From positions 1-36,410 of the forward strand of contig JBOHSC010000314.1 in the NCBI GenBank assembly GCA_050733115.1: DNA of 36,410 bases, written 5' to 3'. The notes beneath the pieces were generated by a model. The model searched no databases. It had not been told where the DNA came from and saw nothing but the letters and a program-made list of their open reading frames with translations. The DNA comes from Gemmatimonadales bacterium. GTDB taxonomy: Bacteria > Gemmatimonadota > Gemmatimonadetes > Gemmatimonadales > GWC2-71-9. The translations under genes were made by a program, and so were the position numbers. Below are positions 1 through 10,729 of this stretch, in pieces. Each line of letters starts with the position of its first letter. The first letter of the stretch is position 1.

Positions 1-960
1 GCGCGGGCCGACCTCTCGTCGCAGGAGGCGGCCCAGCGCGCCGTAGTGCTCTCGCTGGTGAGCGACGTCGCCACCGGATATCTCTCCCTCCTCGAGCTCG
101 ACCAGGAGCGGTCGATCGCCGAGCGCACACTCGCCTCGCGCCAGGCGATGCTCGGCCTTGCCCGGCAGCGCTTCAAGCAGGGGCTCACCTCGGAGCTCGA
201 CGTGCGGCAGTTCGAGGCTCAAGTGGCGGTACCCGCGGCCACGCTGGCGCAAACCGAGCGCCTGCGCGCCGAGCAGGAGCATCAGCTGAGTCTGCTGCTC
301 GGCGAGGCTCCGGCCAATGTGCCCAGGGGCGGGTCGCTGGCCCAGGCAGTGAGCGCGCTGGCAGTGCCCGATTCGCTGCCGGCCACCCTCCTCGCCCGGC
401 GCCCGGACGTGCAGCAGGCGGAGCGCGCCTTCGCCGCGGCCACCGCACGGATCGGCGTGACCGAAGCCGCGCGCCTGCCCACGATCTCGATCAGCGGCTC
501 CTACGGCAGCCAGGTTCCCCGGGCCGGCGATCTGTTTACCTCGAACGGCGAGATCTACCAGGCGCTGGCCGGCATCTCGGTGCCGCTCTTCACCGGGGGC
601 CAGCTCGTCAGTCAGACCCGCGTGGCCCGGGCCCGGGCCGACCAGGCGCGCTCACAGTACGAGCAGAGCCTTCTCGTGGCGCTCCGGGAGGCGAGCGATG
701 CCCTGATCGGGGTGCGCACCTCCCGCGACCAGGTGGCGGCCCAGCAGACCCAGGCCCAGGCGCTCCGCCGGGCGCTGCAACTGGCCGAGCTTCGCTATCG
801 GACGGGAGTCGCGAGCTACCTCGAGGTGCTCGACGCCCAGCGCAGCCTCTTCGACGCCGAGCTGGGATTGAGCCAGGCCCAGCTCCGGCAACTCGCGGCG
901 GCGGTACAACTCTACCGGGCGCTGGGGGGTAGCTGGCCGGCCTCACCGGCGACGCAATAG
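1..960 (+). CDS. Tripartite-efflux outer membrane factor (NodT/OprM-type), C-terminal part; 5' end lies outside the window
   Basis: Frame 1 is open from base 1 to TAG at 958-960. The translation shows the helical repeat pattern of outer-membrane efflux proteins (LDVRQFEAQV..., YRTGVASYLEVLDAQRSLFDAELGL..., LYRALGGSW near the C terminus). The GTG at 46 in the ORF track is only the first in-window start. Confidence 0.85.
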   Translation, partial: ARADLSSQEAAQRAVVLSLVSDVATGYLSLLELDQERSIAERTLASRQAMLGLARQRFKQGLTSELDVRQFEAQVAVPAATLAQTERLRAEQEHQLSLLLGEAPANVPRGGSLAQAVSALAVPDSLPATLLARRPDVQQAERAFAAATARIGVTEAARLPTISISGSYGSQVPRAGDLFTSNGEIYQALAGISVPLFTGGQLVSQTRVARARADQARSQYEQSLLVALREASDALIGVRTSRDQVAAQQTQAQALRRALQLAELRYRTGVASYLEVLDAQRSLFDAELGLSQAQLRQLAAAVQLYRALGGSWPASPATQ

Positions 961-1047
961 ATCCGGGACGATGGGGGTGGCTTGCCCGCCGATGTCCCGG
1001 CGGCAACTTTGGTGTATTCCACGGTTTCAACCCACTCGGAGCACACC

Positions 1048-2043
1048 ATGAAACGCCTCGCATTAATTGCGGCCCTCGCAGTTGCCGCGTCGCCACTTGC
1101 CGCGCAGGACAATCCCTTCAAGCTGCCCAAGAGCAAGGTCAACGCGATCCAGGTCAGCTACGTCTACGCCGGGGACATGCAGGGCACCGGTGAGCGGGCG
1201 GTCTCCAAGGACAAGATCGTCACGCAGGAGACGACGACCGGCAAGTTCTTCGGGAAGACCACGACGACGGACTCGTGGAGTCTCTTCACCCCCGACTGGA
1301 ACTACACCGCCGATCTGACCAAGAAGACCGGCTTCAAGCGTCCCAACGTCCTGCCATACATGGAAAAGGCGTACGACGACCTGGACGGTGCCTCGAAGCA
1401 GCGCCTTCATCAGAACATGCAGGACATGGCGCAGATGATCTCCCGCGCCTTCGGCGCTCAGGCCATGTGGACCGGCGAGAAGAGCGCCACCAAGACCTAC
1501 GCTGGCGAGAAATGCCAGGAGCACGCCTTCGGCAGCTTCTCCGTCTGCTCCATGCAGGACGCACCGACCATTCCGCTCCACCTGCAGGGCAGCCTCTTCT
1601 GCGTGGACTTCGAGGAGACCGCGACGGCCGTGAAGAAGGGCGAGCCGCCGGCCTCGGCGTTCGAGCCTCCGCCTGGCATCACCTTCCAGGACGACACCAA
1701 CATGGCGAGCCCCGATTCGCTCGCCCGCGGCTTCGTCACGTACCTGGCGAGTCAGCAACTGGCGGACTCGATCGCCAAGGCGAAGGCGGAGATGGCCAAG
1801 CAGCCGGCCGCGAGCACCACGAGCAGCACCACCCAGCCGAGGGAGCTGACGCCGGAAGAGAAGGCCCAGCAGCGGCAGGCGTGCGAGGCGCTCAAGAACT
1901 TCGACCTTGGCAAGACGATGGCCAACGCCGGGAAGTCGGTGGTCAACCAGGCGGTGCACGAGATCGTCGAAGAGAAGAAGGCCCAAGCCAGCAACGACGC
2001 CAAGAACAAGATCAAGGGCCTGATCAAGAAGCCGCACCTATAG
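1048..2043 (+). CDS. Secreted hypothetical protein (Sec signal peptide, Lys-rich C-terminal tail)
   Basis: Internal ATG at 1048 gives MKRLALIAALAVAASPLAAQ, a classic signal peptide. The upstream 22 codons of the ORF look non-coding. GC3-rich codon usage. I recognise no family. Confidence 0.7.
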   Translation: MKRLALIAALAVAASPLAAQDNPFKLPKSKVNAIQVSYVYAGDMQGTGERAVSKDKIVTQETTTGKFFGKTTTTDSWSLFTPDWNYTADLTKKTGFKRPNVLPYMEKAYDDLDGASKQRLHQNMQDMAQMISRAFGAQAMWTGEKSATKTYAGEKCQEHAFGSFSVCSMQDAPTIPLHLQGSLFCVDFEETATAVKKGEPPASAFEPPPGITFQDDTNMASPDSLARGFVTYLASQQLADSIAKAKAEMAKQPAASTTSSTTQPRELTPEEKAQQRQACEALKNFDLGKTMANAGKSVVNQAVHEIVEEKKAQASNDAKNKIKGLIKKPHL

Positions 2044-2135
2044 CCGGCCAACCCTTTCCGCGTTGCCGCCGTCCAACAGGGTAACTGAAACGGGGACTCT
2101 CGTCGCTCGTAGGGCTGGAAGAGTTCACACTGTTG

Positions 2136-3368
2136 ATGGCGGAATCCGGTTTGCTCAGTCGGCGACGTTTCATTGCTGCAACAGCCGGTGGAGCTCTCAC
2201 GCTGGCTCGTCCTTTCCCGTCCTGGTCGGCGCAGACTTCCACGCCGGCCCGGGACCGGGGCTCACCTCCGCATTGGCTCCCCACCCTCGGCCTGATTCGC
2301 CAGCTTCCGCGTCTTCTGGAGCTCGCCACCGTTCCAGGTATCGCGATCGCCGTCGTGGACGGCGGACGCGTCTGGAAGCGAGGTTTCGGCAAGGCCAGCA
2401 TGGACCCGGTCCGGCCAGTGGGCGACGACACGGTGTTCGAGGCGGCATCACTCGGCAAGCCGCTCTTCGCCTACCAGGTGCTGCGGCTGGTCGAGGCGGG
2501 GACGCTCGATCTCGACCGTCCTCTCTTCGGTTATCTCCCGACGCCCGACGCGGACAATGCCCGCATGCGGAAGGTGACCGCGCGGCACGTGCTGAGTCAT
2601 ACGACCGGATTGCCCAACTGGCGGAAGGAACCGGGCCCGCTCGAGCCCGCAACGGAACCGGGAACCGAGTACGGGTACTCGGGAGAGGGGTTTTTCTACC
2701 TCCAGCGTGTCGTGGAGAAAGCGACTGGACGGCCCATCGCGCGGCTCATGGAAGAGGAGGTCTTCCGCCCGCTGGACATGACCGAGAGCAGCTACGTCTG
2801 GCGCCCCGCCTTCGACCGGCGCATGGCAGTGGGCTACGACGAGGAGGGGCGAAGAGAAGAGGTGTATGCCGCAATCGGGCGGCGCGCGGAGGTGGTGGCC
2901 GCCGAGTGGAAACGTCCGCTGCTCGATTGGCGATACGAGGACGCCGCGCGCGTGGTGACGCTCATCAATCCGGAGTGGCCGGTGGTACCGCTCTACATGG
3001 TCCCCAACGTGGCGAGCTCGCTCCTCACGACGGCTCGGGACTATGCGAAGTTCCTCGCCCGCCTGGTGGCTCCCCAGCCGGCGGGGCTGTCACTCCGGCC
3101 CGGGACTCTCGAGGAGATGGCTCGCCCGCAGGTGCAGATCAACAGCGCGCTCTGGTGGGGTCTCGGCTGGGGGATCCAGCAGGACGAATTCGGCCAGGTG
3201 CTCTGGCACTGGGGGGCCAACAACAGCTTCCGCAACTTCGTCGTGGCCGACACGGCCAACGGGCGCGCCGTCGTCGTTCTCACCAATGGAGAGAATGGTC
3301 CTCGCGTGTACGAGCGCGTCATCACCTCGCTGACCGGCCACGACCACCCCGCGTTTCTCCGCGCCTGA
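2136..3368 (+). CDS. Serine hydrolase of the class C beta-lactamase / penicillin-binding-protein family, Tat-exported
   Basis: ATG at 2136 (the ORF-track start at 2133 is TTG). Twin-arginine motif SRRRFIAATAG. S-x-x-K nucleophile motif in EAASLGKPLFAY. Length and YSGEGF / HTTGL motifs are typical of AmpC-like esterases. Confidence 0.85.
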   Translation: MAESGLLSRRRFIAATAGGALTLARPFPSWSAQTSTPARDRGSPPHWLPTLGLIRQLPRLLELATVPGIAIAVVDGGRVWKRGFGKASMDPVRPVGDDTVFEAASLGKPLFAYQVLRLVEAGTLDLDRPLFGYLPTPDADNARMRKVTARHVLSHTTGLPNWRKEPGPLEPATEPGTEYGYSGEGFFYLQRVVEKATGRPIARLMEEEVFRPLDMTESSYVWRPAFDRRMAVGYDEEGRREEVYAAIGRRAEVVAAEWKRPLLDWRYEDAARVVTLINPEWPVVPLYMVPNVASSLLTTARDYAKFLARLVAPQPAGLSLRPGTLEEMARPQVQINSALWWGLGWGIQQDEFGQVLWHWGANNSFRNFVVADTANGRAVVVLTNGENGPRVYERVITSLTGHDHPAFLRA

Positions 3369-3449
3369 CCCCTCCCCCGTGGTCCTTCCGGCGCGTTTCA
3401 AATTGACCGGAGGGTGCAAGAGGCACCGGCCTCGCCGTCATAGTGTCAC

Positions 3450-3977
3450 ATGCGAGACCAACACCGGCCAAAACAAGAGCTGATCAATGAGGTCACCGGA
3501 CTGCGGAAGCAGATCGCCGACCTCAAGGAAGCGATGACCGCGCGCCGCCGCGTCGAGGATGCGCTCCGCGCCGGCGAAGAGCAGATGCGTGCGCTGGCGG
3601 ACGGTGCGCCGGTGGGGCTCTGTCTCTTCGACTCGAGCGGCTCGCCCCTCGCCGCGAACCGGCCGTTCGCCCGGCTCCTCGGCTACGACTCGGCCGCGGA
3701 GCTGCTGCGGGTGGCGGGATCACTCGGGGTCTTCTCCAATCGGGAGGAGCAGCGCCGCGTCTTCGAGCTCGTCCAGCGCGGGCAGGAGCGGGTGACCGGC
3801 GTGATCTTCCGGACGAAGGACGGTACCCGGCAGGCGTTCGGCGTGATCGGCGGGAGCTGTACCGACCCCCACACGATGGCGCTGGTGGTGCTCGAGCGGC
3901 AGCCACAGCCGTGGCGGGCGCCGCCGCTCGCGGCGCTCAGTCCCGCCTGGTCGGTGCCGACCCGCTCGGCTTCGTAG
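3450..3977 (+). CDS. Stand-alone coiled-coil + PAS-domain protein (no output domain)
   Basis: N-terminal heptad-like stretch (ELINEVTGLRKQIADLKEAM), then a PAS-like core (GAPVGLCLFDSSGSPLAANRPFARLLGYDSAAELL...VIFRTKDGTRQAF). Codon usage is gene-like. The P/A/S-rich C-terminal tail is of doubtful reality. Confidence 0.6.
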   Translation: MRDQHRPKQELINEVTGLRKQIADLKEAMTARRRVEDALRAGEEQMRALADGAPVGLCLFDSSGSPLAANRPFARLLGYDSAAELLRVAGSLGVFSNREEQRRVFELVQRGQERVTGVIFRTKDGTRQAFGVIGGSCTDPHTMALVVLERQPQPWRAPPLAALSPAWSVPTRSAS

Positions 3978-4104
3978 CTCTCCTCATCTCGCTTGTCGTT
4001 TTTCAGTCCGCCCATACCCTTGATCCACTCCAACCAAATCAGGCGTCGCTGTTCAGGCTCAACACCTCCGGTGCTCCCGGAGCAGCGCGCGTCGAATCCA
4101 CTGA

Positions 4105-4129
4105 GCGCTCCGTAGAAACAGCGGAGCGC
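4105..4129 (-). terminator. Possible stem-loop terminator shared by convergent htrA and the PAS gene
   Basis: gcgctccg (4105-4112) pairs perfectly with cggagcgc (4122-4129) around a 9-nt loop, 21 nt beyond the htrA stop codon. There is no U-tract, so this is weak. Confidence 0.3.
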
Positions 4130-4149
4130 CTGGAGCAGCAAGCTGCCGC

Positions 4150-5730
<1,581 letters not shown>

Positions 5731-5926
5731 GAAACGCCTCTCATTCAGGTGTGTGCGGACCCGCGGGGCCGACGGAGCCCCGGACGTCTCAGGAATGCTT
5801 CAGGGCACGCGAGGGTCGCGCCCGCGCCCCGGCTGGAAACAGACTTGCCCGTTACCCGTAGTCAGGGCATGATCCGCCCCGGGGGCGAACGGTCGCCCTC
5901 CCAAACTACGACCGATGGAGATTCCG

Positions 5927-7921
5927 ATGTACCGACCGGTAGCCGCTTCCCGCAACCCGCTCGCGGGGCTCCTCTTCCTCGCCCTTCTGTCCGCCTGCGG
6001 CACCGGCCGGACCGCTCCGGCCGCCCCTGCTCCGGCGGCTGAGCCGGCTGGGACGGCGTCTCGCATCCGGGCGATGACGGTGCCGGTCCTCGAGGGGTTC
6101 GAGCGGGCGGTGACGAAGGGAACCCGCACCCGAAGCGGCGCCCCGGGCCCACACTACTGGCAGCAGTGGTCGGAGTATAAGCTCGAAGCGGAGCTCAACC
6201 CCGTCTCCAAGCGCCTCACCGGACACGGCACCATCAACTACTACAACCGCTCCCCCGACACTCTCGCAGTGGTGTACATCCAGCTCCTTCACAACATCTT
6301 TGCGCCTGGCGCCCATCATGACACCAACGTGCCGTGGTCGGTCGAGGGAGTGGAGTTGAACAAGGTAGCCGCGCAGGGCAGTACCCTCGCGGCGGTAAAG
6401 GGGCCGGAGCCGGGATACGAGGTGAACGGGACAATCATGCAGCTTCGGCTGCCCCAGCCCATCCCGCCGGGCGGATCGGCCAATTTCGAGTTCGATTGGA
6501 GGCTGCGGGTACCTCCGGACGGCGCCCCACGCGGCGGGCAGGACGGCGAAGTCTACTACATCAGCTACTGGTACCCTCAGATGGCGGTGTACGACGACAT
6601 CAACGGCTGGCAGATCGATCAGTACCTCGGCAACGCCGAGTTCTACATGGGGTACGGCGATTATGACGTGAGCCTGACCGTGCCGGCGGGATGGCTGGTG
6701 ACCAGCACCGGCACGCTCGAGAATCCGAACGACGTGCTGAGCGCGCAGACGCGGGCGCGGCTCGATTCCGCCTCGAGCGCCGCGGGCATCGTTCACGTCG
6801 TCGGAGAGTACGACCGGGAAGCTGGCAGGTCCACCACCGCCGGGAAGGATGGCAAGCTGACCTGGCACTTCACCGCGAAGAACGTACGTGACGTCGCCTG
6901 GGGTGCATCATCCCGCTATCTCTGGGACGCCACCAACGCCGCCGTAGGCGACGCAAACGGCGACGGCCGCCCCGATTCGTCGGCCATCTATTCCTTCTAC
7001 CGTCCCGAGCAGCGGATCAGTCACTGGGACGAGGCCGCCCGCTACGGCCGCCACTCGATCGAGTTCTTCTCCAGGTTCCTCTGGCCTTATCCCTGGCCGC
7101 ACATGTCGATAGTGGACGGTCCCAACTCCTGCGGCGGGATGGAGTACCCGATGATGACCTGCATCGGAGGCGAGTGGGACACGCTGAGCATGTACGAGGT
7201 GGTGGATCACGAGATCGGGCACATGTGGTTCCCCATGATGGTGGGGTCGGACGAGAAGCGCTTTGCCTGGATGGACGAGGGCTTTACCCAGTTCGACCAG
7301 TCGCAGGGTATGGACGACTTCTTCAAGGGGTTCGACGACGAGGCGCGGAACCGGAAGAATTACCTCGACTTCGCGGAATCCGACGGAGAAGTCGAGCTGA
7401 TGCGCCACGGCGACCGCTTCCCCAACTACAACGCCTATGGTGTCGCCGCCTATTACAAGCCGGCCACGGTGCTCGTGGCACTCCGGGGCGTGCTCGGACG
7501 GGAGACGTTTCACAAGGCGCTCACCGAATACGGCCACCGCTGGCTCTACAAGCACCCGTCTCCCTACGACTTCTTCGATACCGTGGAAGACGTGTCGGGG
7601 AAGGACCTTTCCTGGTTCTGGCGGACCTGGTTCTTCGAGACCTGGAAGCTCGACCAGGCCATCGACACGGTGACCACGGCGGGAGACTCGGTCGAGGTAG
7701 TCATCGGTAACCGGGGGAAGGCGCCGATGCCGGTGAAGCTGGTGGTGAACCGGACCGGTGCCCCGGCCGACACCCTGACGGTGCCGGTGGAGGTCTGGCT
7801 GGGCGGCGCCAAGCGGACGACGGTGCGCGTGGCCCGGGAGCCGGCCATCAAGTCGATCGAGATCGATCCGGCCAACGAGTTTCCCGATGTGGATCGGGGG
7901 AACCAGAAGTGGCCGCGATAG
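5927..7921 (+). CDS. M1-family zinc metallopeptidase (aminopeptidase N-like), lipoprotein
   Basis: HEIGHMWF (HExxH) plus downstream WMDEGF glutamate. GGMEYPMM is a variant of the M1 GxMEN exopeptidase motif. The second ATG (5927) is preceded by GGAG at 5917-5920 and yields a lipobox (LLSAC). Confidence 0.9.
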   Translation: MYRPVAASRNPLAGLLFLALLSACGTGRTAPAAPAPAAEPAGTASRIRAMTVPVLEGFERAVTKGTRTRSGAPGPHYWQQWSEYKLEAELNPVSKRLTGHGTINYYNRSPDTLAVVYIQLLHNIFAPGAHHDTNVPWSVEGVELNKVAAQGSTLAAVKGPEPGYEVNGTIMQLRLPQPIPPGGSANFEFDWRLRVPPDGAPRGGQDGEVYYISYWYPQMAVYDDINGWQIDQYLGNAEFYMGYGDYDVSLTVPAGWLVTSTGTLENPNDVLSAQTRARLDSASSAAGIVHVVGEYDREAGRSTTAGKDGKLTWHFTAKNVRDVAWGASSRYLWDATNAAVGDANGDGRPDSSAIYSFYRPEQRISHWDEAARYGRHSIEFFSRFLWPYPWPHMSIVDGPNSCGGMEYPMMTCIGGEWDTLSMYEVVDHEIGHMWFPMMVGSDEKRFAWMDEGFTQFDQSQGMDDFFKGFDDEARNRKNYLDFAESDGEVELMRHGDRFPNYNAYGVAAYYKPATVLVALRGVLGRETFHKALTEYGHRWLYKHPSPYDFFDTVEDVSGKDLSWFWRTWFFETWKLDQAIDTVTTAGDSVEVVIGNRGKAPMPVKLVVNRTGAPADTLTVPVEVWLGGAKRTTVRVAREPAIKSIEIDPANEFPDVDRGNQKWPR

Positions 7922-7966
7922 GGTAACCCTCGTTCCACCCGGCGATTCCGGGGGTACCTTTAGCGG

Positions 7967-10171
7967 ATGCCCCGTCTGCTTATCGTCGCCAACCGCCTGC
8001 CCGTCACCGTCCAGGTTTCCGAGACGGGGGTGGACGTGCAGCGGAGCACGGGAGGGTTGGCCACCGGCCTCCAGGGCCCGCACGAGAATTCGGACGGGCT
8101 CTGGATCGGCTGGTCGGGCGCCACGGTCGATCTGGGGCCCGAGCGCCAGGTGGAGCTCGAAGCCAAGCTCGCGGCCATGCGGCTGGTGGCCGTCCCGCTT
8201 TCGCAGGACCTGGTAACCCGCTACTACGAGGGGTTCTCCAACGGCGTCCTGTGGCCCCTCTTCCACTATCTGCTCGAGCAGGTCCCGCTCCAGGTGAGCG
8301 ACTGGGACGCGTACGTCGAGGCCAACGAGCGCTTCGCCGACGTCGTCGCGGCGCACTACCGGCCCGGCGACCTGATCTGGGTGCACGACTACCAGCTCCT
8401 CCTCCTCCCGGGGCTTCTGCGGAAGCGAATCCCCGACGCCCGGATCGGATTCTTCCTGCACATCCCCTTTCCCTCCGAAGAGCTGTTCCGGACTCTGCCC
8501 TCCCGGGAACGGCTCCTCGAAGGGCTCCTCGGTGCCGACCTCGTCGGTTTTCACACCCCCGCCTATCTCCGTCACTTCGCCTCATCGCTGACCGACATCC
8601 TCGGCATCTCGGTGGAGATCGACCGGGTTCAGCTTCCGGAGCGGGAGGTGCGAATCGGCGTCTTCCCGATGGGAATCGATGCCGCCACCTTCTCCGCGCT
8701 CGCGGCCGACCCTGCCGTGGAAGCCGAGGCCAGGGCTATCCGTGGGGATGGAAGTGTGCGTGTGCTGGTCGGGGTGGACCGGCTCGATTACACCAAGGGG
8801 ATTCCCCGCCGTCTCCTCGCCTACGAGCGCATGCTGAACACCCATCCCGAGCTTCGGGAGCGGGTGCGGCTGCTCCAGGTAGCGGTGCCCTCCCGTACCG
8901 GCGTCGGGGCCTATCAGGACTTCCGGACGCTGGTAGACCAGCTCGTCGGGCGCATCAACGGCGTCTTCGGCACGCCGCGGTGGGTGCCGGTGCACTACAT
9001 CTTCCGCGGGCTCTCGAAATCGGATCTCGTCGCCCTCTACCGCGCGGCCGACGTCATGCTGGTGACCCCCCTCCGCGACGGGATGAACCTGGTAGCCAAG
9101 GAGTTCATCGCTTCGAGAAACGATGGCGACGGAGTGCTGGTGCTGAGCGAGTTCGCCGGCGCGGGATGGGAGCTGCCCGAAGCAGTGCGGGTGAACCCGT
9201 ACGACGTCGAGGGTGCGGCCGAGGTGTACTACCGCGCCCTCACCATGCCGGTCGACGAGAGGAGGGCGCGTCTGGCGCCGCTCAGGAGCCGGGTGCAGAC
9301 CTTCGACGTCCATCGGTGGGTCGCGTCGTTCCTGCAGCAGCTCGAGGAATCGACGCCGGTCGTCCCGCCGCGTGGTCTCCCCGCAGGAGGCGATGCGGCA
9401 CACAAGGCGTTGACGGCGCGGCTGGCTGGGACCGACGCGCTCCTCCTCCTCCTCGATTACGACGGCACGCTCGTGCCCTATGCCGCGACGCCCGACCTCG
9501 CCCGGCCCGATCCGGGGCTCGTGTCCCTGCTCGGGGCGGCGGCGGCGCGGCCCGACACCGAGGTGCATGTGGTGAGCGGTCGAGCGCGCGAAGCGCTCGA
9601 GCACTGGCTGGGCCACCTGCCGGTGTGGCTGCACGCAGAGCACGGCTTCTGGTCGCGGGCGCCCGACTCGAAGGAATGGGTTCCCGCCGCCGAGCCGGGC
9701 GGGAGCTGGCGCGAGCCGGTGCTCGCCATCCTGCGCGACATCACCGCGCGCACGCCGGGCTCGCTCATCGAGACGAAGGCGGCGGCGATCGCCTGGCACT
9801 ACCGCATGGCCGATCCGGAGACCGGCGCGCGCCGCGCCAACGAGCTGCGACTGCATCTCAACCAGGTGCTGAGCAATCAGCCGGTGGAGATCCTGCCCGG
9901 CCACCGGCTGCTCGAGATCCGTCCCTACGGCATTCACAAGGGCCGGATCGTCGCCCAGCTCTCGGCCGAGCGTCTGGCGAGCACGGCGATCGTCGCTATC
10001 GGCGACGACCGGACCGACGAGGATCTGTTCGCGGCGCTGCCGCCCGAGGCGATCACCATCCGGGTAGGGGCGGGCCCCACGAAGGCGCGGTTCCGGTTGG
10101 AGGGGATCAGTGCCGTCCGGGCGCTGCTCCAGGCGGTGGTGGACGCCGGCGTCGGTGCGAGCCAGCGCTGA
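7967..10171 (+). CDS. otsA: Bifunctional trehalose-6-phosphate synthase (GT20) / trehalose-6-phosphate phosphatase (HAD) fusion
   Basis: The N-terminal two thirds carry OtsA signatures ([32 protein letters not shown]). The C-terminal third carries HAD/TPP motifs ([21 protein letters not shown]). It is one uninterrupted 734-codon frame. Confidence 0.9.
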   Translation: MPRLLIVANRLPVTVQVSETGVDVQRSTGGLATGLQGPHENSDGLWIGWSGATVDLGPERQVELEAKLAAMRLVAVPLSQDLVTRYYEGFSNGVLWPLFHYLLEQVPLQVSDWDAYVEANERFADVVAAHYRPGDLIWVHDYQLLLLPGLLRKRIPDARIGFFLHIPFPSEELFRTLPSRERLLEGLLGADLVGFHTPAYLRHFASSLTDILGISVEIDRVQLPEREVRIGVFPMGIDAATFSALAADPAVEAEARAIRGDGSVRVLVGVDRLDYTKGIPRRLLAYERMLNTHPELRERVRLLQVAVPSRTGVGAYQDFRTLVDQLVGRINGVFGTPRWVPVHYIFRGLSKSDLVALYRAADVMLVTPLRDGMNLVAKEFIASRNDGDGVLVLSEFAGAGWELPEAVRVNPYDVEGAAEVYYRALTMPVDERRARLAPLRSRVQTFDVHRWVASFLQQLEESTPVVPPRGLPAGGDAAHKALTARLAGTDALLLLLDYDGTLVPYAATPDLARPDPGLVSLLGAAAARPDTEVHVVSGRAREALEHWLGHLPVWLHAEHGFWSRAPDSKEWVPAAEPGGSWREPVLAILRDITARTPGSLIETKAAAIAWHYRMADPETGARRANELRLHLNQVLSNQPVEILPGHRLLEIRPYGIHKGRIVAQLSAERLASTAIVAIGDDRTDEDLFAALPPEAITIRVGAGPTKARFRLEGISAVRALLQAVVDAGVGASQR

Positions 10172-10174
10172 GGC

Positions 10175-10714
10175 ATGGGCATTCTGACACCGCAGGTCAC
10201 CGACGAAGATCATGCCCTGGGTCCCGCCGGCGCGCGGGTGACGCTGGTCGAGTACGGCGATTTCGAGTGTCCGAGCTGCGGAGCCATGTATCCCGTGCTC
10301 GCGCAGGTCCGGCGAGCGTTCGGCCCCAACCTGCGCTTCGTCTTCCGTCATTTTCCGTTGCGCGATTCCCACCCCCATGCGGGCGCCGCCGCGGAGGCCG
10401 CGGAGGCGGCGGGCGCGCAAGGGAAGTTCTGGGAGATGCACGACCGGCTCTTCGAGCATCAGGACGCCCTCGATGAGCGGTCTCTGGCGCGCCACGCACG
10501 GAAAATCGGCGCCGACGCACCGAGGATCGAGCGCGAACTGATCGCGAAGACCTACGCACCGCTGGTCGAGCGAGACGCGGAGAGCGGGAGGTCGAGTGGT
10601 GTCCGCGGCACGCCGTCGCTCTTCATCGATGGCGCGATGTATACCGGTCCGCGAGACCGGGCCGCACTGGTGGCGGCGCTGGCGAACGCCGCGATAGCGG
10701 CGGCGGCCCCTTAG
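10175..10714 (+). CDS. DsbA-family thioredoxin-fold protein, apparently cytoplasmic
   Basis: CPSC redox motif in EYGDFECPSCG and a DsbA-like C-terminal GTPSLFIDG. No signal peptide is visible. It starts 3 nt after the otsAB stop. Confidence 0.8.
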   Translation: MGILTPQVTDEDHALGPAGARVTLVEYGDFECPSCGAMYPVLAQVRRAFGPNLRFVFRHFPLRDSHPHAGAAAEAAEAAGAQGKFWEMHDRLFEHQDALDERSLARHARKIGADAPRIERELIAKTYAPLVERDAESGRSSGVRGTPSLFIDGAMYTGPRDRAALVAALANAAIAAAAP

Positions 10715-10729
10715 CAGGGAGGTCGAGCA

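Noticed and set aside
3384-3414. Imperfect hairpin ccttccgg...ccggaggg after the serine hydrolase gene, as a terminator.
   Set aside because: The stem is only 8 bp including a G-U pair, the loop is 15 nt, and there is no U-tract. This is too weak to list as a feature.
3978-4149. Minus-strand peptide ..EQRRLIWLEWIKGMGGLKNDKRDEESYEA.. that looks protein-like, downstream of htrA.
   Set aside because: It has no plausible start codon. The frame runs on antisense into the PAS gene. Its codons are A/T-ending, unlike genuine genes here. It is treated as non-coding.
8251-10476. Long same-strand alternative-frame ORFs (8251-10476, 2063-3406, 13221-14813, 23773-24978, 28578-29084, 29894-30100, 30490-30759, 31689-31910).
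   Set aside because: These are out-of-frame or upstream read-through of the real genes. Their translations are low-complexity R/P/A/G strings. The supported frames carry the catalytic motifs, and the upstream parts overlap the preceding genes.
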